From NCBI GenBank assembly GCA_965214405.1, contig OZ243956.1:1184001-1248000 (forward strand): a stretch of 64,000 nt of DNA, given 5' to 3'. Both the position numbers and the translations under genes were made by a program. The DNA comes from Trueperaceae bacterium. Its GTDB lineage: Bacteria > Deinococcota > Deinococci > Deinococcales > Trueperaceae. Position 1 is the first letter of the stretch; every line of letters begins with the position of its first letter. The notes beneath the pieces were generated by a model that saw only the letters and a list, made by a program, of their open reading frames with translations, was not told the origin of the DNA and did not search any database. Positions 9,985 to 20,787 of the stretch are shown one piece after another.

Positions 9985-11027
9985 TCACCTTCCAAACGCC
10001 TGCACCTTAACAACCTCGCCCCCCTCGAGCGACTCCTGCGCCGCCAGCGCTAAGCGGGAACTCTCGAGCGCGTCCGCCGCGGTGGGCGTGACAGGCAGAC
10101 CCGCGCGCACGCACGTTGCAAAGGCTATCACCTCGTTCGCGTAGGCCTCGGGAAACCGTTCGTCAAAGTGGCGCGGATAGTCGTGGCTTACCCCGTGTTC
10201 ACCCCAAAACTCTACGTTGAGTTGTTGCGTCTTCTCGAGGTGAAACTTCCCCTTTTCACCTATGATATCCGCGACGATTTCGTAGCCGTAGGCGGTGTTG
10301 AGCGCGTTCTCGAGCGTGCCTAAAGCCCCGTTGACAAACTTGAGCGTGGCAACCGCTAGGTTGTAAAACCCCATTTTTTTGAGCGCGTCGTTGCGTACCG
10401 TCGTGCCGGTCGCGTAAACCTCCTCAACCTCGCCGCAAAAGAAGCGGGCGCTGTCGAAGTCGTGGATGCCCAAGTCAACGAGCAGCCCGCCGGATGTTTG
10501 GAGGAACGCGAGGGAGGCTCGAACGGGTCGCGGGAGATGGCGCGGAAGTTTTCGATGCGCCCGAGTTCGCCCGCCCCTAAACGCGTCTTCACCGCGGCGT
10601 AAGCGGGGTCATAGCGGCGCTGAAAGCCCACCTGACAGGGCACCCCGGTTCGCGCCACCATGTCAACGACTTTTTGTGCGGCCTCGAGCGTGTGCGCCAG
10701 GGGCTTCTCGACGAAAATAGCCTTGCCCGCCTCGGCTGCTCTACAAATAACTTCGGCGTGTGTTGGTGTGGGTGTGGTGATGAATACGGCGTCAACCTCG
10801 GGGTTCGCCAGCACCCCGCCCAAGTCGTTCATGTTTGCGCCCAAAGTCGCGGCAACCTTGGCGGCGTTCTCCGGCACAAAATCCACCACCTCGGTAATAC
10901 GAACGTCGGAGAGGGTGCGGAGGACTCGAGCGTGCGCCTGTCCCATGCGTCCGGCCCCAACCATCGCAACCCTGAACGGCGGCGCAGACTGTTCCGCAGT
11001 AGAAATTTCCTGGTCCACAAGACGCAC
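9985..11027 (-). CDS. Second inositol dehydrogenase (Gfo/Idh/MocA), split by a frameshift at about 10513
   Basis: GAGRMG, VEKP, GFQRRYDP in one frame. Adding one C to CCTCCC gives EPPLAFLQTSGGLLVDLGIHDFD and joins ORF 9985-10473. Confidence 0.85.
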
Positions 11028-11034
11028 GGTGCGT

Positions 11035-11889
11035 TTACGGTTGCTCTCTAAAAGTCGGGCTGTCTTGACGCTCCTTGGATGCTTTAGCAGACGCGCCGCC
11101 CTCGTCACTGTGGGTGAATTCGGCGAGTTCGGCCTCGAGCGCGTCCAACTCATCGGTGCCCGCCATCATGCCGAGCACCCCCTCACGCGTTACTTCGCTT
11201 TTGGCGAATGTCCCGTACGAGGTGCCGCGTTTGAGGATGGTGAAGCGGTCCGCCACCGGATAGGCGTGGTGGACGTTGTGGGTGATAAAAATGACGCCCA
11301 AGCCCTTCGCCTTGGCCTGCGCGATGTATTTGAGGACGACCCCGGCCTGTTTAACGCCCAGCGCGGCGGTGGGTTCGTCTAAGATGAGCACCTTGGCCCC
11401 GAAGTAGACGGCCCTCGAGATCGCTACGCACTGCCGCTCACCGCCCGACATCGTGCCCACCGCCTGCGCGGGGTCGCGGACGTCGATACCCATTTTTGCC
11501 ATTTCGGCCATTACCACTTTGTCCCCAAAGGCCCGGTCGAAAGACCTAAACGGCCCCCAGCCCGTCGTCGGCTCACGCCCCAAAAAGAAGTTGCGGGTCA
11601 CGCTCATGAGGGGTTGAATCGAGAGGTGCTGATGCACAGTGGCGATGCCCCGGTCTTGCGCGTCTCGAGGGGTGTTGAATATGACGGGCACGCCCCCCAT
11701 AAAAATCTCGCCGGAGGTGGGTTTATGGACGCCAGACAGGGTTTTGATGAGCGTCGATTTGCCCGCCCCGTTGTCACCCAGCAAGCACATGACCTCACCC
11801 GGCCCAACCGCCATCGACACGCCGTTAAGGGCAATCACCGAGCCAAAGGTCTTAACGACGTCGCGCAGTTCAATAAGCGGTGTGCCCAT
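11035..11889 (-). CDS. Sugar (inositol) ABC transporter ATP-binding protein
   Basis: [23 protein letters not shown]. Confidence 0.92.
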   Translation of the reverse strand: MGTPLIELRDVVKTFGSVIALNGVSMAVGPGEVMCLLGDNGAGKSTLIKTLSGVHKPTSGEIFMGGVPVIFNTPRDAQDRGIATVHQHLSIQPLMSVTRNFFLGREPTTGWGPFRSFDRAFGDKVVMAEMAKMGIDVRDPAQAVGTMSGGERQCVAISRAVYFGAKVLILDEPTAALGVKQAGVVLKYIAQAKAKGLGVIFITHNVHHAYPVADRFTILKRGTSYGTFAKSEVTREGVLGMMAGTDELDALEAELAEFTHSDEGGASAKASKERQDSPTFREQP

Positions 11890-12917
11890 TACTTCGCCTC
11901 AGTCGCGCGTCTGCGGATGTAGTTGTTGAAGATGACCGCGATGAGGAGCATCGCGCCCAAAAACACGTTGAACCAGTCCGTGTTGACCCCCGTAAAAAAG
12001 ATGCCCTGCTGGACCATCCCAAAAATAAGCGCGCCGAACACGGCCCCGACAACCGAGCCGTAGCCCCCGGTGAGCAAGCAGCCGCCAATCACCGCCGCGA
12101 TAATCGCCTCAAACTCCTTTTGTAAGCCGCGGTTTACGTCCGCGGAGCCCAAATCGACCACCTGCAACGCGGCAAAAATCGTCGCCGCCACTGCCGTACA
12201 CATAAACAAGATAATGCGAACCGACCGGACCGGCACGCCCATGTTGCGGGCGGCCTCGGCGTCGCCGCCCACGCCAAAAATCCAGTTGCCGAAGCGGGTG
12301 CGCTGGAGCACCCACGAGGCGAGCACCGCCAGCCCGAGCCACCAAAATATCGACACGGGCAACCCCAGCAGGTCACCCCGAAAAAGAGCGGCGAGCGGGT
12401 CGCCCGCCGCTGCCGCCTTGAGCCCCGACACCTGCGTGCGGCCCGTAACGAGCCGGGTCACGCCGATGGTCACGCCGCGCAGCATAAACAAAAAAGCCAG
12501 CGTCACGATAAAGGAGGGCAAGCGGGTGCGGTTGACGATGGTGCCGTTGAGATAGCCCACGAGGAGCGCGAACGCGAACGAGAGGAGAATCGCCAACCAG
12601 AAGGGCCAGCCGAGCACGGCCACGGGTATCGCCATGACCATGCCCGCCGCGGCGATCATCGAGCCGATGGACAGGTCGAACTCCCCGCCGATCATCAGCA
12701 GCGCCGCGCCAATTGCAAGGATGCCGAGTTGCGCCGACACCTCCAACCAACTCGCCACCCCGCGAAAGGTCAAGAAGCCGCTGTCGCCCGCGACCACGGC
12801 GAAAAAAGCAAAGACGAGCACCGCCCCCGACACCGCGCCGAGTTCGGGCCGACCCAGCAGCCTACGCAAGGGACCGACCTTGCGAACGCGCTCGTCACCT
12901 CGAGCTTTCGTCGTCAC
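11889..12917 (-). CDS. Sugar ABC transporter permease (RbsC type)
   Basis: GEFDLSIG, multiple TM helices, AAVIGG. Confidence 0.92.
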   Translation of the reverse strand: MTTKARGDERVRKVGPLRRLLGRPELGAVSGAVLVFAFFAVVAGDSGFLTFRGVASWLEVSAQLGILAIGAALLMIGGEFDLSIGSMIAAAGMVMAIPVAVLGWPFWLAILLSFAFALLVGYLNGTIVNRTRLPSFIVTLAFLFMLRGVTIGVTRLVTGRTQVSGLKAAAAGDPLAALFRGDLLGLPVSIFWWLGLAVLASWVLQRTRFGNWIFGVGGDAEAARNMGVPVRSVRIILFMCTAVAATIFAALQVVDLGSADVNRGLQKEFEAIIAAVIGGCLLTGGYGSVVGAVFGALIFGMVQQGIFFTGVNTDWFNVFLGAMLLIAVIFNNYIRRRATEAK

Positions 12918-12999
12918 CTTTGACCTCGTTAAAGTTCCCGCATGGGTGATAAAAAGTTTTTAACATCCTGATTTAGCCATTAATTGACTGCCAAAGGAG

Positions 13000-13031
13000 A
13001 AGGAACGCGCGTCTAATCACCGCGTTCCTTT
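13000..13031 (-). terminator. Stem-loop after the binding-protein gene
   Basis: AAGGAACGCG...CGCGTTCCTT inverted repeat. Confidence 0.55.
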
Positions 13032-13043
13032 GGCCCTCGGGTC

Positions 13044-13991
13044 CTAGCGAATCCCCTGCGCGCTAAGCGCAACCACTTGTGCGGCGTTGTCCGGCGTCAC
13101 AAAACCGGGACCCGTCAAGATGACCTCAGAGCCGGGCAGGAGCCCGTACTGGATGTAGAGCGTGAGGAGGTTGACGGGCAAGTAGCCTTGCAAATACTGC
13201 TGCTGGTCGATGGCGAACATGGCGTTGCCCGCGGCTAAAGTCTCTAAAATCCTGGGCGAGAGGTCAAAAAACCCGAGCTGAATCGTGCCGAGCTGACCGC
13301 CTTCGTCTAACGCGTCGATGGTGGGCTCACCGCCCACAGGCCCGACCGCGAGCACGCCGCCGATGTCGGGGTTCTGCGTGAGCGCGGCGGCGACGGCGTT
13401 GCGGATTTCGGTGGGGTCGGTCGAGACCGCGAGCACGTTGACCTCGGCCCCTTCGCCTAACCCGTCTTGAAAGCCCTGGCAGCGCAAGTCGAGCGCCACG
13501 TTGCCGACCTCGTGGTTCACGCAAAGTGCGCTCGTCACACCTTCTTCGGCCATACGCTGACCCGCGCCCTGCCCCGCCTCATATTCCGTTTGGCCCACGT
13601 GGCGGAGCACGCCCAAGTCTTGAAAGGTGTCGCTGCCCGAGTTCATCGAGAACACCGGGATGCCCGCCTCGACCGCGGCCTGGATGGAGTCGCCCAAGCC
13701 CTCGGCGTCGGGAATCGACACCACGAGCCCGTCGGGTTGCGAGGCGACGGCGGCGTCGATGAGTTGCGCCATCCGGGGGATGTCATAAGTTTCGGGCGCG
13801 CGGTACTCGACGGTGACGCCGGTGTCGGCGGCGGCCTGGTCAACGCCGTTTTTGACGACCGACCAGAACGGGTCGGACGCCGCCCCGTGCGACACGACGA
13901 CGATGCGAATGTCCGAGCGCGCGGGCGCGTCTTGGGCACTCGAGAATCCCAAAAGGGTGAAAGCGAAGAGTAGAACAAGCAATTTTTTCAT
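13044..13991 (-). CDS. Sugar (inositol) ABC transporter substrate-binding protein
   Basis: Signal peptide MKKLLVLLF after a [26 protein letters not shown]. Confidence 0.92.
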   Translation of the reverse strand: MKKLLVLLFAFTLLGFSSAQDAPARSDIRIVVVSHGAASDPFWSVVKNGVDQAAADTGVTVEYRAPETYDIPRMAQLIDAAVASQPDGLVVSIPDAEGLGDSIQAAVEAGIPVFSMNSGSDTFQDLGVLRHVGQTEYEAGQGAGQRMAEEGVTSALCVNHEVGNVALDLRCQGFQDGLGEGAEVNVLAVSTDPTEIRNAVAAALTQNPDIGGVLAVGPVGGEPTIDALDEGGQLGTIQLGFFDLSPRILETLAAGNAMFAIDQQQYLQGYLPVNLLTLYIQYGLLPGSEVILTGPGFVTPDNAAQVVALSAQGIR

Positions 13992-14164
13992 AAAGAACTC
14001 CCGGTACTGTAGAAAGAAGTGTTTAGAGGAAAACCGCAAAACGCTCGAGCCCATGAACAGCCACGGTTACAGGCGTTTTCACGCAACGGCTCGAGCCGAC
14101 GACGCGGTTCTGAAACGACGCTAAAAGAGTGACACCTCCTTCGCTAGGAGCAAGTTATGAATAC

Positions 14165-14260
14165 TCGTGCTCTCAAATCTAGCAGGTTTTCTTTTGTTTT
14201 GTCAATAACCGAAACAAGATGATTTACAAGCGAAAGTTCTGTGCTACAGTAACAGCTTGC
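14165..14260. promoter_or_regulatory. Divergent AT-rich promoter region, probable DeoR/IolR operator
   Basis: Lies between divergent iol transcription units; imperfect inverted elements (TCTTTTGTTT...AAACAAGA). Confidence 0.35.
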
Positions 14261-14302
14261 GAGTAGGGGAAATATGAGAAAAAGTCCGGAGGAGACACAA
14301 GC

Positions 14303-15106
14303 TTGACCGCTTTGCCACAACACCTTCTAAACGCGCGGCAGCAAGATATTTTGGAGCGTTTAGAGAAGCAGGGGCGCGTGAGCGTGTCCGAACTGGCGGA
14401 CGGGTTGGGTGTGTCGGACGTGACGATTCGGAAAGATTTGCAGGAGCTCGAGGGCCATAGCCTGCTGAAGCGCGTCCACGGCGGCGCGGTGGCGGCGCGC
14501 CGCTCCAAATACAATCTTTCGCTTGCGTATAAAGCAGGCAAGCTGAGTTTTGGCAAGCAGAACATCGCTGAGGCGGCGTTGGGGCTCGTCCATGACGGCG
14601 ACACGCTCATTCTCGACGCGGGCAGCACCACGTTGGCGCTGGCGCGGCTCTTGCCGCAGCACAAAAAGCGGCTCACCGTCGTGACCAACTCGCTGCCCGT
14701 CGTCACTGAATTGGTGGATGTACCCGACTTCGACCTGATTATTTTAGGAGGCCCCATAAGGAAACACAGTCTGGCGGTGGCTGGGCCGTTGAGCCTCGAG
14801 AATCTCAGGAGGCTCCAGGCCGACACCGTCTTCTTGGGTGCCGACGGCGCGTCGGTCGAGCGGGGCTTGTCAACCCCCGATCTTGGCGTGGCAGAAACCA
14901 AGACCGCGATGATTCGCGCCGCCACCCTGCGCGTCGCGCTCGTGGACCACAGCAAAATAGGTCAGGGCAGCCTCGCGCCCTTTGCCGCCTGGCAAGATAT
15001 CAGCACGCTCGTCACCGACGCGCCGCTGCCGGGTCCCTTTGCGGCCTTTTTGCGCGCTAAAGGCGTCGAGGTTGTGGTGGCGCAGCAGTTGGTTGAGACG
15101 GAGTAG
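14303..15106 (+). CDS. DeoR/GlpR-family regulator (likely iol repressor)
   Basis: VSDVTIRKDL, RVHGGA, LDAGSTT, VVTNSL. Confidence 0.9.
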   Translation: MTALPQHLLNARQQDILERLEKQGRVSVSELADGLGVSDVTIRKDLQELEGHSLLKRVHGGAVAARRSKYNLSLAYKAGKLSFGKQNIAEAALGLVHDGDTLILDAGSTTLALARLLPQHKKRLTVVTNSLPVVTELVDVPDFDLIILGGPIRKHSLAVAGPLSLENLRRLQADTVFLGADGASVERGLSTPDLGVAETKTAMIRAATLRVALVDHSKIGQGSLAPFAAWQDISTLVTDAPLPGPFAAFLRAKGVEVVVAQQLVETE

Positions 15107-15156
15107 GTCTTGACAGGCCCGCGTCCGTAACGCTTTGCATCTTTAGAGGAGAGAGC

Positions 15157-15981
15157 ATGGATCATCACCTAAAACCGAAGAGCGGCACGCTCAAGTATGA
15201 GATAAGCCCATCCGAGGTCGGCTGGACCTATTTGGGATACCGGGTCGTCACCCTAAACGCCGGGGAGAGCTACCAATTCACCACCAACGACGATGAAGCG
15301 GCGCTCGTGCCTCTTTCGGGCGCGGCACGTTTGGAGGTTGGTGGGGAGCGTTACGAGGTCGCGCGTAAGGATGTATTCAGCGAAAAGCCCCACGTCCTTT
15401 ACGCGCCGCCCGGTAACGAGATAAACGTCGTTGCTCAGTCTACCTTTGAGTTCGCCGTCGGCACCGCGCCCGCCGAGGGCCGCTATCCGGTGAGGCTTTT
15501 TGAGCCTGAGGAGATGAAAGTTGAGGTGCGCGGCGGCGGCCCCGCGCTGCGCGAGGTGCATCACGTGCTGTCTCACCCGTTGCCCGCCGAACGTCTCATC
15601 CTGTTCGAGGTCTACGTTCCCGGCGGCCAATGGTCGGGCTGGCCGCCGCACCGTCACGATGAGGTGCTTCAAAGTCCGTATCTCGAGGAAACCTACCACT
15701 TCCGGTTCGACAAACCCCAAAGCTTCGGCCTCCACCGCAACTACAGCCTCGAAACCAGCTTTAACGAGGTGTTCGCGGTCCATCACGACGACCTTGTGCT
15801 GGTCACGCAGGGCTATCACCCGGTCGCGGCGGCGCCGGGCAGCACCATGTACTTTTTGAACTACTTGGCGGGAGCGCCCTACGACGACGCGCGCGCCGCG
15901 CCGCCCGTAGACGACCCAAAGCACGCCTGGATCAAAGACAACTGGGACGCTTGCAAGGTGGACCTGCCCATCATGGAGTAG
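15157..15981 (+). CDS. iolB: 5-deoxy-glucuronate isomerase
   Basis: WSGWPPHRHD, LEETY, GYHPV (KduI/IolB). Confidence 0.9.
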   Translation: MDHHLKPKSGTLKYEISPSEVGWTYLGYRVVTLNAGESYQFTTNDDEAALVPLSGAARLEVGGERYEVARKDVFSEKPHVLYAPPGNEINVVAQSTFEFAVGTAPAEGRYPVRLFEPEEMKVEVRGGGPALREVHHVLSHPLPAERLILFEVYVPGGQWSGWPPHRHDEVLQSPYLEETYHFRFDKPQSFGLHRNYSLETSFNEVFAVHHDDLVLVTQGYHPVAAAPGSTMYFLNYLAGAPYDDARAAPPVDDPKHAWIKDNWDACKVDLPIME

Positions 15982-16095
15982 CTTTCGTTTTGCATAACGG
16001 TGTGTCTGGGCTCGAGCCACCCAAACCTTTGGCGACCACGCCCCAATCCACATCTGCTTCTGCTATAGTGGGATAAACCAAACCAAGGAGGTTTT

Positions 16096-17094
16096 ATGCG
16101 CTCACTACGCACGTTTCTCTTCGCACTCTCTCTCGCCTCGTTCACGCTCCTCACGGGAGCCGCGGCGCAAACGAATATTTCCGTCGCCACGGGCGGCACC
16201 GGCGGGGTCTATTACCCCTACGGCGGCGGCTTGGCAGAACTCATCAACCGGTACATCGAGGGCTACAGCGCCGTCGCCGAGGTGACGGGGGCGTCGGTCG
16301 AAAACGCGGGGCTCATCGCGCAGGGCCAGTCCGACATCGCGCTGGCCTTGGCCGACACCGTCTACCAGGCCTACACCGGCACGGGCGAGTTTGAGGAGAT
16401 GGGCTCGGGCGTCAAGGAGGCGCTGGCGGAAATCCGCGCGCTGGGCTCAATTTACCCCAACGCGCTGCAAATCGTCGCGCTGGCGGACTCGGGCATCACC
16501 TCGATGGAGGACTTGCGGGGCAAACGCGTTTCGGTCGGCGCGCCGGGGAGCGGCACCGAACTCACCGCGCAGGCGGTGCTGGGCGCATTGGGCATCACTT
16601 ATGATGATATCGACGAGCAGCGCCTCAACTTCAACGAGACCGCCGACGCGCTCCGCGACGGGCGTATTGACGCTGGCATCTGGAGCGTGGGACCGCCCAC
16701 GAGTTCGATTTTGGACCTGGCGACGAGCCGCGATTTGGTGTTCATCCCCTTGAGCCAAGAGGAGTTGGAGGCCGCCCAAGCCGCCGACCCCGTCTACGCG
16801 CCCTACACGTTGCGCGCTGAGACCTACCCCGGCCAAGCCGAGGACGTCCTCACCATCAGCACCCCCAACGTGCTCATCGTCAACGCCTCGATGGACGAGG
16901 AACTGGCCTACCAGATCGTCAAAAATATGTTTGAACATGTGGACGAACTCATCGCCATTCACCCCGCGGCGAACGACACCACGGTCGAATTCAGCATGGG
17001 GGCCACGCCCATCCCACTGCATCCGGGCGCGCTACGCTACTACCAAGAAATCGGCGCGGACGTCCCCGAGCGTCTCACGTCAGCGGGCCAGTAG
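16096..17094 (+). CDS. TAXI-family TRAP solute-binding protein
   Basis: ATGGTGGVYYPYGG, GAPGSGT, PLHPGA. Confidence 0.92.
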   Translation: MRSLRTFLFALSLASFTLLTGAAAQTNISVATGGTGGVYYPYGGGLAELINRYIEGYSAVAEVTGASVENAGLIAQGQSDIALALADTVYQAYTGTGEFEEMGSGVKEALAEIRALGSIYPNALQIVALADSGITSMEDLRGKRVSVGAPGSGTELTAQAVLGALGITYDDIDEQRLNFNETADALRDGRIDAGIWSVGPPTSSILDLATSRDLVFIPLSQEELEAAQAADPVYAPYTLRAETYPGQAEDVLTISTPNVLIVNASMDEELAYQIVKNMFEHVDELIAIHPAANDTTVEFSMGATPIPLHPGALRYYQEIGADVPERLTSAGQ

Positions 17095-17103
17095 AAAGCA
17101 AGT

Positions 17104-17595
17104 TTGAATCGTCTCACCACGAGGAGCGGGCGTTGCCTGCTCCTCCCCCTCTTTCTAATAACGCTCTCTTTAACATCTTTGGGGACGGCGAACTCCTATC
17201 TCACCGTGACGAACGAGACCGGGGAGGTGCTGCTCGAGCTTGACCTCACCCAAACCCCCACCTGGTCGGTTCGCTGGAACCATTCGGTGACGGGAATTTT
17301 GGTCGAGGATTATTACGCGCTCCAGAACGGCCATATGGTCCTGACGCAAAGCCACACCCCCGACTTCGCGGCGGGGCTAGGCTATATCCGGGGGCGGGGG
17401 CGGCTCGAGTCCGACGCCTCGCATGGCTACTGGATACGCGATATCAATGAGCCCGTCCCCGGCGACCGTTATGCGCTGCGGGTGGGGTCGCTTGCGGTAA
17501 ATCACCGTATCGTGCAAGGAGATTACATTGACTCGCTAAGCGAGCGGGCTGCGGGTGAGCGGGTGTGGCTCGAGCTTCGGCAGAGGGAGCCGTAA
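17104..17595 (+). CDS. DUF1850-type TAXI-TRAP accessory protein
   Basis: WNHSV...EDY, FAAGLG; position between TAXI binding protein and permease. Confidence 0.75.
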   Translation: MNRLTTRSGRCLLLPLFLITLSLTSLGTANSYLTVTNETGEVLLELDLTQTPTWSVRWNHSVTGILVEDYYALQNGHMVLTQSHTPDFAAGLGYIRGRGRLESDASHGYWIRDINEPVPGDRYALRVGSLAVNHRIVQGDYIDSLSERAAGERVWLELRQREP

Positions 17596-17598
17596 CGA

Positions 17599-19617
17599 AT
17601 GGACAAAAACCAAGAAGTAGCCGTTATTGGCGCGGGGGACACGCCTGCGTACACCACAAAATGGCTCACGAGGCTCATCAGCATCATCGCAGTGGGCTTA
17701 AGTTTGTTTCAACTCTACGCGGCGGCACCCTTTTTTGCGCCCTTCAACCTATTTTTCTTACGCAGCGTCCACCTCTCTTTTATCTTGACGCTGGTTTTTC
17801 TCCTCTTCCCCGCTTTTGGCGCTAAACGCCCACGCGGCCCACTGGGCTGGCTTATCGACGGGACTTTTATAGCGGGAGCCGTCTACAGCGGCTATTACCT
17901 ATCAGCCAACCTAGACGCCATCATCAGCCGCGCGGGCTTTTGGGAAGGGAGCGACATCACCGCGGGCATCATCACCGTGGTGGTGCTGTTGGAGGGGTCG
18001 CGGCGCGTGATTGGCCTCAGCATGACGCTGATTGCGGGCGCGTTTATCGGCTACGCCTTTTTGGGTCCCTACATGCCCGGCATCTTGCAGCACCGCGGCT
18101 ACGACGTGAACCGCATCGTCGCGCAGCTTTATCTGGGTCAAGAAGGCATCTACGGCGTGCCGCTCGGCGTGGCGGCGACGTTTGTGTTTATTTTTATCCT
18201 CTTCGGCGCGTTTTTGGAGGTCACGGGCGGCGGGAAATTCTTTATCGACCTCGCTTACTCCGTGGCGGGTCGGCAGCGCGGGGGTCCCGCCAAAGCCTCG
18301 GTCATCGCCTCGGCGATGATGGGCTCCATCTCTGGAAGCGCGATTGCCAACGTGGTCACGACGGGCGCGTTTACGATTCCTTTGATGAAGCGCCTCGGCT
18401 ATAAGCCCCACGAGGCGGGCGGCATCGAGGCGGCGGCGAGCACGGGCGGGCAAATCATGCCGCCCATCATGGGCGCGGGCGCGTTTTTGATTGCGGAGTT
18501 TACGGGCTCCACTTACTTAGAAATCGTCAGGCTGAGCATCCTGCCCGCCATCATGTACTTTGCGACCGTCTACTTGTTCGTGGACATCTTAGCGGCGAAG
18601 CGCGGCATGAAGGGGATGGCGCGCTCAGAGCTGCCCAAAATCGGACAGGTGATGAAAGAAGGCTGGCATTTCCTATTGCCCATCTTCATCCTCGTGTTTT
18701 TCTTAATCATCAACGTGTCGCCCAGCTTGGTCGGCTTTATCGCTATTCTTTCGATTGTGGCGGTGGCAGTGCTTAAAGCGCTCACCCTACTCGCGGTGCC
18801 CGGTTTGAGAAACCAAAGCGAAGAATCAGAAAGCCTCGCCGACGCTTCCGTGCGGGGGGCGAAGAAGCTGTGGGAGGCGCTCGAGACCGGAGCCAAAAAC
18901 GCCTTCATGGTCTCGACGGCCTGCGCGGTGGCGGGCATCATCGTCGGGATCGTCGGGCTTACGGGGCTGGGCCTCAAGTTTTCGGCGATGGTTTTATCGT
19001 TCTCGTTCGGCAACATCTTGCTGGCGCTCCTGCTGGTGATTCTGGCCTCGCTGGTGCTGGGGATGGGCCTGCCCGTGACCGCCTCGTACATCGTGCTCAT
19101 CGTTTTGGCCGGACCCGCGCTCACCAACGAGTTCGGCATCCCCTTAATCATCGCGCACCTGCTCGTGTTCTGGTACTCACAAGATTCCAACGTGACGCCG
19201 CCTGTGGCGCTGGCGGCCTTTGCGGGGGCGGGCATCGCCGGGTCGGACCCGATGCGGACCGGGGTGGCGGCGTGGAAGTTTGCCAAGGGGCTTTATTTGA
19301 TTCCGCTCTTTATGGTGTTCAACCCCGAATTCATCACGGGCGGCCCTATCTTGATTGTCATCTGGACGGTCGTCACCGCCTTTGCGGCCTTGGGTGCGTT
19401 CGCGGCGGCTCTGGAAGGGTATATGTTTACGCACATGTACCTCGTCTCGAGGCTCGCGGTCACGTTGGGAATGGTCGGTATCTTCTGGCCTAACCACTGG
19501 GCTGAAGTCGCCGGGTTCGCGCTTATTATGCTGGTGCTGGGCGTGAACTGGACCAAGGCGCAGCGGGAGAAGCGGGAGGCGGGGGTGGGGCTCGAGCCTT
19601 CTGAAAGTTCCGCCTAA
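17599..19617 (+). CDS. TRAP transporter 4TM/12TM fusion permease
   Basis: GGPAKA, TGGQIMPPIMG, LGMGLP, TPPVALA. Confidence 0.93.
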   Translation: MDKNQEVAVIGAGDTPAYTTKWLTRLISIIAVGLSLFQLYAAAPFFAPFNLFFLRSVHLSFILTLVFLLFPAFGAKRPRGPLGWLIDGTFIAGAVYSGYYLSANLDAIISRAGFWEGSDITAGIITVVVLLEGSRRVIGLSMTLIAGAFIGYAFLGPYMPGILQHRGYDVNRIVAQLYLGQEGIYGVPLGVAATFVFIFILFGAFLEVTGGGKFFIDLAYSVAGRQRGGPAKASVIASAMMGSISGSAIANVVTTGAFTIPLMKRLGYKPHEAGGIEAAASTGGQIMPPIMGAGAFLIAEFTGSTYLEIVRLSILPAIMYFATVYLFVDILAAKRGMKGMARSELPKIGQVMKEGWHFLLPIFILVFFLIINVSPSLVGFIAILSIVAVAVLKALTLLAVPGLRNQSEESESLADASVRGAKKLWEALETGAKNAFMVSTACAVAGIIVGIVGLTGLGLKFSAMVLSFSFGNILLALLLVILASLVLGMGLPVTASYIVLIVLAGPALTNEFGIPLIIAHLLVFWYSQDSNVTPPVALAAFAGAGIAGSDPMRTGVAAWKFAKGLYLIPLFMVFNPEFITGGPILIVIWTVVTAFAALGAFAAALEGYMFTHMYLVSRLAVTLGMVGIFWPNHWAEVAGFALIMLVLGVNWTKAQREKREAGVGLEPSESSA

Positions 19618-19644
19618 CGCGCCCCGTGCTGTACACTGATTCTC

Positions 19645-20787
19645 ATGCAAGTGACTTCCGCGCAAGACACCGCCACCGAACGCGCCAGAGAAATAGCCAA
19701 AGGTTTCGCCGCCCGCGCAGGCGACGCCGACGCTCGAGGTGAGCTTCCGGCGGAGGACGTGCAGGCGCTGCGGGATTCTGGTCTTCTAAGCCTGAGCGTC
19801 CCCAAAAGTCACGGCGAGGCGGGCGCGTCGCTCAAAGAATGTGTGGAGGTGCTGCTCGAGCTCGCCCAAGGCAGCACCTCCACCGCGCTGGTGGCCGCCA
19901 TGCAGTTTCACATTTTTGGTCACGCTCGAGAAACCCAGCCTTGGCCGGAGGAGGTATTTACCCACTTCTGCGAGGAGGCGGCGCGCGGCAAGCTCTTTAA
20001 TTCCGCGGCGAGCGAACCCAAACTCGGCTCCCCGTCGCGGGGCGGCTTACCGCAGACAAACGCCGTTCTGGAAGGTGATACCCTCACCGTCAACGGCCAT
20101 AAAACCTGGGTCACGGGCGGCGAGCACCTAGACCATCTGCTCGTCGGCTTGCGTTTTGAAGACGCGTCCGCCGTCGTGTGGGTGCCGAGCGCCACCCCCG
20201 GCGTCTCCTGGCGCAAGACCTGGGGCACGGGTTTAAGCGTGCGCGCCAGCGACTCGCACGACGTGGTGTTTGAGAACGTGCGGGTGCCTGCGAATCACCT
20301 CATCCAGCACGGGACGGCGCAAAGAAATAAAGCTGGTCCTAACATGTGGTTTCCGATGCTGATAGCGGCGACTTATCTGGGTACTGCTCTGGCGGCTCGA
20401 GACACGGTCGTCCGCTACGCCCTGGAGCGCGTGCCGACGGCGCTGGGCCGCCCCATCGCCACGCTGCCCAACATCCAGCGTCAGATTGGGGAGTTGGAGG
20501 TCGCCCTGGAGGCCGCGCAGACGCTCCTCCTAAACGTCGCCGCGGGCTGGACGGGTGACGAGAACCGTGAAGCGTACTTCCCGCGCGTCGCAGCGGCCAA
20601 ACACCTTGCCACCGAAACTGCGATTGCGGTAACCGACAAGGCGCTGCGGATTGCGGGAGGTGCGGGCGTGGGTAAAGGGCTGCCGCTCGAGCGCCTCTTC
20701 CGCGACGTGCGCGCAGGACTCATGCACCCACCTTCGGGGGACAGTGCTTTGGAGCTTATAGGAAAGAGTGCATTGGGGCTGGACTAA
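19645..20787 (+). CDS. Acyl-CoA dehydrogenase family protein
   Basis: ASEP..GSPSRGG, GHKTW, LERLFRDVRAG. Confidence 0.85.
   Translation: MQVTSAQDTATERAREIAKGFAARAGDADARGELPAEDVQALRDSGLLSLSVPKSHGEAGASLKECVEVLLELAQGSTSTALVAAMQFHIFGHARETQPWPEEVFTHFCEEAARGKLFNSAASEPKLGSPSRGGLPQTNAVLEGDTLTVNGHKTWVTGGEHLDHLLVGLRFEDASAVVWVPSATPGVSWRKTWGTGLSVRASDSHDVVFENVRVPANHLIQHGTAQRNKAGPNMWFPMLIAATYLGTALAARDTVVRYALERVPTALGRPIATLPNIQRQIGELEVALEAAQTLLLNVAAGWTGDENREAYFPRVAAAKHLATETAIAVTDKALRIAGGAGVGKGLPLERLFRDVRAGLMHPPSGDSALELIGKSALGLD

Noticed and set aside
10505..10520. Programmed frameshift in iolG2
   Set aside because: No slippery heptamer; a one-base loss in a C-run is typical of sequencing error.
14236..14255. 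Radiation/desiccation response motif (TTCTGTGCTACAGTAA)
   Set aside because: Half-site spacing does not fit the 17-bp palindrome, and the context is sugar catabolism.
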